Below are positions 10,119-20,292 of a DNA stretch of 64,000 bases, in pieces (the stretch's first letter is position 1; every line of letters starts with the position of its first letter). The position numbers and the translations under genes were made by a program. This DNA is from Gonapodya sp. JEL0774 (Eukaryota): assembly GCA_027604505.1 (NCBI GenBank), contig JADIIX010000039.1, positions 62,001 to 126,000 of the forward strand, given 5' to 3'. Below the pieces are notes generated by a model that was given only the letters and a program-made list of their open reading frames with translations, made no database searches and had not been told where the DNA came from.

Positions 10119-13100
10119 ATGGATCTGGAGCCCCCATCGTGCAATCATTCTCGGTCGGGCAGGTGTCCCATCACTCCCCGCACCCATCTTCCGACCCTTG
10201 CCTCGCTCTTCATTCTAGCCATCCTCCTGTTTTCGTCGCAATCTTTGGCGAGAGCTGTGGAAAAACGTCAAACCAGAACATGTGACTCCATATATGCAGC
10301 TTACACTTCGGGAGTGGCGATGACCACCCAAGACTACAGTGATTGGACAAGCTGGAAGTGCTCCACCTGGTAAACATAGCTCAATCTCCAGTGACTGGCT
10401 CTTACTGATTCGTGACTCATTTGAATCACCGATCACTCCAATCTGTGGAACCAATTGCCACATGTGCAGGTATCCATCGGGAATTGGCTCTCCCAGTGCA
10501 CGAACATGCGATACCATATATGCTTCGTACACGTCCGGTGCTACGATGACTGCACAAGACTTCAGTGATTGGGCATCATGGTGGGATGGAACACCACTGT
10601 CGTTGCGCGGATGCACTTCCCTGACGGTTCGATTTTGGCTTTTGCGGGAGCAGGTCTTGCAGCACTTGGTTTCCAAGTGGTATTGGAGCACCCAAAACGA
10701 CGACAAAGCTGCCCGCCGCGACGACCACCCGTTCCAAAACGCAAACAACTACAAGCAGCGCAAAGCCTACTACTTCGGTCACAAGTACACAGAAAACCTC
10801 GTCGCTCACGACGAAGACGCCCTCAACCACCATTGCGGTGCCGCCAACGACATCGCAAACTACTACAGCCTCCACCACCCTCACGCGAACCACAACCACT
10901 GTCACCACCTCCACACAAACGAGCACTGCGACAAGTTCACTCACGCCAACGAGGACGCCCTCCACCACAGCTCAAACTCTCACTGCCACTAGCACACCTA
11001 CTCAAACTCAGACTCCTAGCACAACTCCGACGAGCTCTCAGGCTCCAAGCACCACCCGTACTAGCACTCCTGCAACCACAAGCAAATCTTCCTCCAAATC
11101 AACAACAACTACAGTCATTCGAACTTGTGACACAATATACGCTGCGTATGTTGCCGGATCGACGCTCAGTGCGCAGGATTACGTAGATTGGCAAACGTGG
11201 TATGTGTCACTTCGGGAATTGGATAACATTGCTATTTTGGCACACCAGTAACCAACGGTTGCTCACACTCAAATTAGGTCCTGCAAGACATGTACGTAAA
11301 ATGTCAAGTTTTGCTTGCGAATCGACTGTTAACTTCCTTGTATCTCATTCCGTAGGGTTTCCAGGAGGAATCGGAACATTCACCACCATTGCCGTTCGCT
11401 CCTGTGACACAATCCACGCTATCTATGCAGCAACACCAAGCCAGCTAACTGCGCAAGATTATTCTGATTGGCAATCTTGGTAAGATTTGCCGCTTCTTCG
11501 TCTCTGCGACCCTGTGGCATTTAAACCCGCTTTCAGGTCTTGTAACACTTGGTATCCTGGAGGTATCGGTTCTCCTCCGACGACAACCACTCCGAAGACA
11601 GTGACAACAGTTTCCACCACTTCCACTGTTTACAAGACCTCCACGACCTCTCAGACCGGTCCGACAACAACTGTGGTGGCAGGATCGTGTGCAGCTCTAT
11701 CGGCGGCGTACGCCTCCGGAAAATACATGACAGAATCTGACTACTTGAGCTGGGCAACACTCGGGTGTTCTTCGACAACAATATATACTTGCAAGGGATT
11801 GCAACTGGCGTTTGGAATTGTTCCCGGCGGCTTTGGATCGCTCACAAACACGGCGATCAAAAATTGGGTGAGTTATGCATGAAAGAAAGTGATTACACAG
11901 CTACTCAAACTGTGGCGTCTTAATTGAGTTTAGTGGACCTCAAACAACTGTGCGAACTCGGTTGGTGGAGTGGCATCCAATCCTCTTGGCTTGATCCGAG
12001 GCGTAAACCTCGGTGGTTGTGAGTATCCCCGCTCTTCATTGATGTGGATGCAACTTTGGCTGATTTCGCTCGTCAGGGATAAATCCAGAACCGTTCATCA
12101 CACCGTCCTTGTTCAATTACAACGGGATCATGTACACTGACAGCTATCAGGTTTGCCTTGCGATGGGTCAAGCTGCATGTACAACTCGCATGCAGAGCCA
12201 TTATGCGACCTTCATCGTCGAGGACGATCTCCGCCAAATCGCGGCGGCAGGTTTGAACTACGTGAGACTGCCAGTGCCGTATTGGGCAGTCAACCCCGAT
12301 TTGAGTGAACCATATCCGCCCAACATTGGGTGGACCTATGTCGAGAGCTGCATTCAATGGGCCGCGACTTATGGACTTACCGTAGAGTTGGACTTGCATG
12401 CCGCTCCTGGAGCACAAGTAAGTGTAATTGTACAGCAACCTGACGAGTGGTAAATGTTTGATATCTGATTTCTTCCTAGAATCCCTGGAATCACGCCGGT
12501 AGAGAAGGCTTCTTTGGATGGCTGAATGACTGTGAGTAGCCTGGCCAGAAGAGCGAGAGATCGAATATCATTACTGAAGTGCATTTCAAGTCGACTCATA
12601 CAAAGATCGAGCTACAACGTCTCTTGTTGAAATGGCCAAGCGAACTGCTGGATATTCAAACGTCAAAACTTTACAGCTTGTTAATGAGCCATCCATGTCT
12701 TTTGTGAGCATCTCCCAATTAGATTTATTGTTGGATCTCTACTTCACCCATTCTTGTTGCTTTCCGTTCTCCTGCCATACTTCAACTCCTGACATCAGGG
12801 CGGAATGTCTGCAGCGGAGGTAGACAAAATCCGTTCTTGGTACAGAGAAGTTGAGCGTACAATCCGCAACATAACTGCGGACAAGACGGCATTCCCCTAT
12901 GGTGGACCTTCCTTCATTATTCACGACGGATTCCTCGGAACTCAGGTCTATGCTGGATCATCACTCCAGTATCAAGCCCTGGGTAATACAGCTTTGGACC
13001 TTCATTTCTATTCGTGCTTTACGCAATCAGACTTGCAGCTAAGTTGGGATGTGAGTGACCGCGGCGTCGCATGATAGCCACAATCCAAGGATCACACCCA

Positions 13101-13657
13101 CTCCTTCATTTAAGGCCCATGTGTCACAAGCATGCAGCACATGGGGACCTACCGTTGCGTCCGCGAACTCGGGCATTTCACCAACAATGGTGGGAGAGTT
13201 CTCTGCCGCCTACAGTGACTGCGCTCCCTATCTGAACGGTAAGCATAGATTTGCATGAATAGTTTATTGCTGCTTTAGCCTTTACCGTGATTGTAGGTGT
13301 GAACGAACTGGCGCGGTACGACGGAACTTATCGAGCGGAATCCATTCCCAACATTTGTGGATGCAGCTGTACAGATCCTCTTGTGTATGACTACCGCAAC
13401 TGGAGCTCCACCAAGAAAGCTGCGATTCGGAAGTTTGTTGAAGCTCAAATGTCCTCATTTGAGCAGAACGGTATCGTGAGTTGACGCACATCTGCTCTGT
13501 CGTAGTCATCACCTGAGTTAACCATGTATATAATTGGAAGGGCTGGATCTTTTGGACATGGAAAACGGAAACAAAACTTGGAGAGTGGGACTATCAACTT
13601 GGTTTGGGGCAAGGGTGGATCCCGAATCCCGCTTCAGCTCGTTCGTTCAGCTGTTGA
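10119..13657 (+). CDS. Secreted GH5 glycoside hydrolase (exo-beta-1,3-glucanase-like) with N-terminal Cys/Trp repeats and Ser/Thr linkers
   Basis: Hydrophobic leader ending ...ARAVEKR. Catalytic domain motifs: IRGVNLGG, EPFITPSLF, GLNYVRLPVPYW, LDLHAAPGAQ, LVNEP (acid/base), DLHFY, MVGEFS (nucleophile), GWIFWTWKTE. Stop at 13657. Confidence 0.88.
10275..11770 (+). repeat. Five protein-level repeats (about 38 aa) inside the GH5 gene
   Basis: Consensus R[TS]CD[ST]I[YH]AxYxxGxx[ML][TS]xQD[YF]xDWxSWxCxTW[YF]PxGIG in four copies, plus a fifth divergent copy (SCAALSAAYASGKYMTESDYLSWATLGC). Confidence 0.85.
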
Positions 13658-13735
13658 AATCTGAAGCGGTTACTTGTACCAAAACTCGCGATTCGATTTT
13701 GCTTATTCTTGCATTGGCCAAAATAGAACTAGAGA

Positions 13736-15414
13736 TTACAATTTAGGCGCATTGCGGATTTCTTTGAGTGCGTCCTCTTCTCGTCCTATTTCGCATTGCA
13801 TTTTTCCTACGAAAAACGTAGAATGAATACCGTGTGATTGTTTTATGGGAAATATCTTTTCCTCACCACTGTTACGCCCATCGAACAGCATCGCTAGTCC
13901 GATACCAGCGTTGTCAATTCTGGATGTTTTCAGAACACATGAGAAACTCCCCTTTCAGTATCAGCCCTGCATCAATATCCCCCGTTTATGCTTACCCAGC
14001 AACGGTAGTTTGGAGAGGCTTTATTTTGCCTTCTTTGTACCAGCCAACAATACGGTTGAGAGCCTCCGGGAATCGATCGATGAAATCTGTGACCAAGAAT
14101 CCCTAATTGACAAATATAATTATACCTTTAATAGCTAAAACTGTGAGTGGCAAGGGTCACCAGTTGTCTCACCTCAATCCGACCCCTGGTCGGAATCAAG
14201 TTCCCAGTGGCGAGGGAAAATCTTGGATCCTGAGTTCCTTCATATGCAGAAATTGAGCCGCACACAGCAATACGACCACGAAGCGCCTGGAGTGGTAATT
14301 TAGAGGTCAATCAACAGGCAATATCCCCGTGAGTTCCCATTAGCCAGTATTCTCACCATCCTATTCATCAAGCTGACAACAAGCAGTGGTAGAACTGTGC
14401 ATTAGTGTTTTTCTGACCAATTGGAAGAGCAGATTCTTGTTGCCTCACACTTCGAGGATCATTCCGCCTGAATAAAAAATTTGATGAGCTTCGAATGTTG
14501 CATCTCAACGAAAGCAGTAAACGTCACGTACCAGTGTTGTCAAAATAGACATCATAGCCTCTCCTCCCAAGAACCTCGTTGACCTTGCGAGTAAACTCCC
14601 GGCGATCTACTTTGTAGTCGATCGCGGCGTCGAAACCAAGCTCGTCCACGAGCATCTGGCACTTCTCAGCTCCTCCAGCAATACCAATGACACGGCAACC
14701 AAGGCACTTAGCGATTTGTCCGACCATGCTACCAGCTGAAAATGCGAGCGTCGAACATACGGCCGAGTGTCAGATGAGCAACCAGATCCGACTCACTGGC
14801 TCCAGCAGCACCCGATACAACCACAACTTTACCCGAACTCGCACCACCAACATCAATGAGCCCGAAGTAGGCCGTGAGCGCAGTCAAGCCAGCTACATAT
14901 TGTACATCTTTAAGGCTGACGCCGTCAGGCACCTTTTCAATGCCGTACTTGGGAAGGTCCGGATTCACGATGGCATACTCCTGCCAGTCAAACGCTCCCA
15001 CCATCCGGTCGCCCGGTTTGTAAGAGGAATGCTTCGAGGCGATCACAAGAGACGCGGACCTTCCTTCCATTACCTGGCCTATCTGAAGGGGGTCTCGGTA
15101 GGTTTTCAACTCTCCCATCCAGGCACGCCTTGGTTATGAGATCAATTTGGATATCGAGTGAATTGCCATGTTTGATTGATGCTCACATGGCAGCGTCGAA
15201 CGACAGGTACAGATTCTTGACCAAAATTTCACCATCTTTTAGGTCTGATGCTGTAGGTTTGGTCTTCGAAACAGTGGTGAAAACTTTTGTAGGGTCAAGC
15301 TTCCCGGGTTTCGGTCTGCTGACTGGATTCCGACACGTTGCAATGTCGAGTAAGGCCCTTCAATCACGAAAAGATTAAGAACTCACCAAAGAGGACTTGC
15401 TTTTGCGTCGACAT
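13736..15414 (-). CDS. NADP-dependent MDR oxidoreductase (prostaglandin reductase / alkenal reductase-like)
   Basis: ATG 15414 (MSTQKQVLF|). Motifs YLSFDAAM, GLTALTAYFGL, VVVSGAAGA, VGQIAKCLGCRVIGIAGGAEKC, LGFDAAIDYK, DVYFDNTG, GRIAVCGSISAY. The protein ends ...RNAPKL*. Confidence 0.88.
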
Positions 15415-15984
15415 TTCTCTTCCGCGTTCTAATTGTAATCGGATGCAACTTCTCAGAGTCGGCCAATCTCCAGCCCGCTTTCGGTGCTGCACAAATTAAA
15501 TCATTCTTCATGTCTGTTTGTGCAGCACCAGGCAGGCGAGGCATTTTCAAGTGCAGCAGTTGTCGAGCATATTGTACAAATGGATTGCCAAGCATACATA
15601 TGTAAAATGCTTTGAAGGAGTCAAAAAAACAGTACTGTGGAGACACAATGGATGGATGACGATTCTGAATTCCGGGCTCAGGCCGATACTGTATTATCCA
15701 TAAGGCTCAAAACTACCAAGAAATTTAGCCCGGCCTGGGGTTGCATTTTGCACGACAATTGTTTGGAAATCAGGTCGAGGTGGTGTGCCAGAATGCGAAG
15801 ATTGCTTGCTCGGACAAGAACCCTACACCCTCAGTTCGATCCCCGTACCAAATAAAAGCAATGCCCGCGTCTTCACCTCGCCGTCTTCGCATTTGCCCAC
15901 CATCTTCTGAAAAACTTAAGAGCGCACTCGGCTCGCATTCCCTCAGCTGCACTCATTCCCTCCAACGTGTACCTGCCATCGACC

Positions 15985-17112
15985 ATGCAATCCCCAATTC
16001 TCCTCGTTGCGGACGACATCACCGACTTAGAAGAGTCCATCGTCAAAGATTCTGATGGCAAGTTTAGATGTCCCTTGCCGGACTGCTTGAAGCCCTGCTC
16101 AAGGTGAGTTTACACGAGCTCGTTTCGGTCGTTGTGGTAAGCTGCGTCGTCACCTCCCATCGTCACTCATTTTCCTACCACCATACATTCCCTCTCAATC
16201 TCGTGAACTGTCTTTAGTCGCTACAACTGCCGCTTTCACCTTCGAACGCACCTTGAGAACAGAACCCACGCGCTACACTGTGAGCGGTGCCAGACGGGGT
16301 TCCACCACTCGGGCGACCTCAAAAGGCACGAGAAGCGGTGTTCTGGCAATGTACCATCGTGTCAGTGGTGTGGAGTGTCGTATGGAGGGTGAGTTGGAGG
16401 TCGAATCGACATTGTGACAGGTTTCTAACTTTCGTGCCCCTTTCATTCGCCAACTGTTGCCAGATTCGTCAAACGACACCGTCTTGTATCACATGAGAGC
16501 AAATGCCAGCGCAATCCCGTGGTGGCATCTGAACCAAGCACCTCCACCGTGTCTCGAAAACCTCGCACAAGGTCTCCCGCGAGCACCACCAGCTACCCCT
16601 CTCCCTCTTCCTCTCCTACTTTCGACCACGTGGATGTTTCTGTGGTGAACGATTGTATGGGACACTCACTGCCATCTCCTTCTCCGTCTTCGCACGACGG
16701 TCTGTCCTGGACTTCAGAAACCGAAGCCACAAGTGACTTAACGGCGCTGAAGCTCGAAGATTGGCTTGCCCTCTTTTCGGTTCTGCAATCACCCGTTTCT
16801 AGTGATGCCTCCGTGTCGGACTTCCACCCGATGGCAACGTCTGAGGCCGTAAATTTACCAGAATTCAAAATGGATGTGTTCTTGTCGGGACTTGACCTCA
16901 CGCCATTCAGCCACACGACCGAGGACATGGATATCCCTATATTCAGTGATGATGTGAGCCAGGTGAAAATCGAATGCGCGGAGGGTCTGGATGAATCAAT
17001 GGACCGTCTCGCGCAACCATTTCGGTGGGAGGGCTCCGATCTCGCACCTTTGGAAGATTACAGCTTCTCGCAGCTCTTGCGAGACTTTGTGACACCAGAT
17101 GATGAGATGTGA
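15985..17112 (+). CDS. C2H2/C2HC three-zinc-finger transcription factor, paralog 3
   Basis: ATG 15985, with introns 16104-16217 and 16389-16463. Spliced: DGKFRCPLPDCLKPCSSRYNCRFHLRTH / CERCQTGFHHSGDLKRHEKRC / CQWCGVSYGGFVKRHRLVSHESKC, followed by an acidic tail. Confidence 0.85.
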
Positions 17113-17607
17113 ATCTGTTGGTCTTGTGTTTGGGAGAGATTGGGGAGGAAGAGTGTTCGATGGGAGGGATGGCTGGATGTTGGGATGTGGTCACTGTAGG
17201 ACAGATTTTCATTTGTCATTGGAGTTTAATGTTTTGTTCAGTATTGTTTATTTGAAACCCAATTGTATATGTTAATCAACTTTTGGACATCTGTGGGCTG
17301 TGGCAGTCATTCTATCGCACACCATATAGTAGCCTTTTAGTTAATCACACTGGCATTCACATCAAGTCTGTGTTGTGATTTATTGGCGGTTTGTGATGTT
17401 CGGTACTAAGCTAGCTCTTCAAAATGATGCTTGGTTCCCTCTGGCTCTTCTAAAATTATTGTGTTCTTGTTCGGTGCCTCTGGTCAATTTTCTCCACAGG
17501 CTGTGGTGACTTCCCCGATCTTTGTGGCCTCTGACTTTTCCTCCCTCCTTCTAGGCTCACACCAAAGAGACCCCCCGCCGTCTACTTTGTCTTCTCTTCT
17601 GCGCGCC

Positions 17608-19489
17608 ATGACTTCACAAGCAACTCTATCTTATCCAACCTTCGATACCTCGTCCCAGCCTGCTCAGCCCCCGCCGATGCCCGCTCCTGCGCCCGGACCA
17701 AGAGCAATCACCTATATGCCGCCAGAATCCATAGACGCAGTCGCGAAACAGATAACCAAAACTCCAGATGGAAAGTTCAAGTGTCCCGTTCTCAACTGTA
17801 CCAAAGTATGCACGACGTGAGTGTATTAGAAGAGCATTTTGCCTTTGCCCCCGAAAATCTTGGAACTTGTTCCAACGCCATACTCACATTCCTTCTCAAT
17901 TTGCGTTTTTTCCCCTTCACTTGTCATCGGCTCGCTGCATCTACTCGTCTCTTTGTTCTCCCCATCCTACTCCATTTTCTTTCTGTCTTCGTCAATGCAG
18001 TCGATTCAACTGTCGAGCCCACCTTTCAACACACATAAAGGACCGCCCACATGCTCACAAGTGCCATAGGTGTGGTACAGGATTCCACCATATTGGAGAT
18101 TTGAATCGGCATGAGACTCGATGTGCGGGCAAAATACCTGCTTGCAAGTTTTGCGGCGTACAATATGGAGGGTAAGTGTTTTTTGCACGAGATGACATCG
18201 ACTGGCCTTAAAGAGGAAAAATCTGAGCTCACTCACCTACTCAAGGGTCAGTGAGTGAACGAGTGATGGAAGTATCGTGATCATCGGACTATCATGCCCG
18301 GGGGTGCTTCATTGAATGTGGTGATTCAATACCGAGATACTCGTATCTGGGAATAATAAGCGCATAGTTGCTGGAGAGATATTTAAAGCATCTGGAGTAC
18401 TGCTACGTTTTTGTTCTCTCTCATCCCACTCAACCCGAACCCAATTCACTCTTTCAACACAGCTTTGTAAAACGCTACCGCCTCCACGCTCATGAAGCAA
18501 AATGTAGCCTCAGCAATACACCCGGCGGTCTAGCATCGGTTGCAATGGCACATGGAGCCATTGGACCACATGGTTTCGTCTTCCCTCCGCCCCCCGCGAC
18601 GTACGACCCAAATCAGGCTTGGAGCGCAGCCCAGGCGTCCATGGCAGCCGAGTCGTGGCCGGTAGACGCAAATGGCGTCCCAATGGTTCCAGGACCTGGA
18701 CCGTTCTATCCTCCACCTTGGGCGATGCCCTTTGGGCTGGCTCACCACCCCCTTCCCGTCGGTATGGATGCAGGGTTTTCTTCTGATCAGCTTGTTGCCG
18801 CGCAGCAGCACCATCAACAACAGCAGCAGTATGAATTTGAACAATTCGCCGCGCACCAACAATTGGCAGTTGCCGCACAACAGCAGCAAGAACAGCAGCA
18901 ACCAGAGCAAATGGCACAGTTCGATTCCTTCTACCCAGGTGGATCGTCCGAGTTTCCCTCTCCAAATTCCACCATTCTCCAGGCGTTCTCCATCACTTCA
19001 CATGATACCACCGGGATCATCCAAACTTCGGGGGACCCCACGCAGGACACCACGCAAGACCCCATGGACGACAGTGAGAACACTGCAATCAAGTCTGCTG
19101 ACGAACCGTCGCCACCTGAACCTGAAGTCCCACCGACCTCAAAAGATGAGAACGCGGATTCCCTCGCAGTCGCGAAACCCACTCCGACCACCAACCCCGC
19201 TTCAGCCACCACTTCCCCACCCGCACCAGTAGCTGCATCCGTAGCGTCGAAAGGGTCGGCCCGCCCTGAGGAAATCTCCGAGGCACGGGTCTTGCTTGAA
19301 TTCGCTGAGTTTGCCAGGGCAACTCGAAAGGATGGCCAGTCCCAATCAAGCGCTCAAGATTCTGGGGAGTCGGATGATGATGGCTATTCTGGGAGTGGGA
19401 AAGATGCTGAGGCGAATGTGGCTGAGGACGGAGTTGGGTCCAAGAAAGACATTGACAAGTCGACGAGAAAGAAGTTGACAAAAAAGTAG
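17608..19489 (+). CDS. C2H2/C2HC three-zinc-finger transcription factor, paralog 4
   Basis: ATG 17608, with introns 17817-18000 and 18172-18462. Spliced: DGKFKCPVLNCTKVCTTRFNCRAHLSTH / CHRCGTGFHHIGDLNRHETRC / CKFCGVQYGGFVKRYRLHAHEAKC, followed by a Pro-rich, polyQ and acidic tail with a basic C-terminus. Confidence 0.85.
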
Positions 19490-20292
19490 ATGGAAACAGT
19501 CGGTGGTGTGCAAACCCCTTTCTGTGACATGGGCCGACACGCGATAGATGACGCAATCAGAGACGAGAAATAGGGAGTGGTTTCATTGAGCCATATTTTC
19601 CACTTGCATTGAACTTGGGCGGAAGTGTTGGAGGGCATCGCATCGACCAAAATACACACATAGAGCATCTCGCGCGGTTGTGTTCGTGCTCTCTGATCAC
19701 ATGTGACGTTGCGGTTTCAAATATAATAGTAATATTTCTTGATGTATCTGTTTGAGCAATGTGTTCAACTCGCCCACATTGAAAGACAGTCGATCGTAAA
19801 CTCTGTAAGAGGTTTGGACAACTATGCCATGTCACAGTAACTAGTGAACATATTAGATGCGAGGGGGGCGGCAGGATGTCACGACAGAAACATAAAAAAT
19901 AGGACAAACTGAAGCATCTACATAAGCAACAAACTCCTTGAATGAGTCGCATTACACAACATTTGTGGCAATTCGGTTTGGCTACAATAATTTTCTCATT
20001 TCAGCAAAGCACCTCCAGCCTTCCCAACGATCACCAAAGTTACCGGTTATCTCCGGACGAGTACTCTAGCACGAAAACTCGTATCAATCGGGATTGTCGA
20101 TTATTGGACTTCTAGACCACTGAATAAGGTACCGTTTGGTCGTTCTCAGTGCAGTGTACTAACAGCCCAACGATTTGACTATCCGTGTGGAACGTTTTCT
20201 CTTTAACGTGCTGCTCTAGAGTTCAAGTGAAATCGTGACAGGTGTATTGTGCATCACACGTTCTGTCACCAGGTCGCCTGGAAAGCGCTGCT

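Noticed and set aside
10275..11570. Spaced DNA repeats that could be mistaken for a CRISPR-like or mobile array
   Set aside because: They are conserved at protein level with synonymous changes and lie in exons of a eukaryotic gene.
17132..17184. G-tracts in the 3' UTR of zinc-finger paralog 3 (possible G-quadruplex)
   Set aside because: The loops are long and irregular, and purine-rich 3' UTRs occur elsewhere in the window.
19490..20290. Intergenic stretch checked for tRNA, ribozyme or transposon ends
   Set aside because: No cloverleaf, intact catalytic core or terminal repeats. At most it holds a possible 5' UTR intron of MDN1 (tactaacag near 20157).
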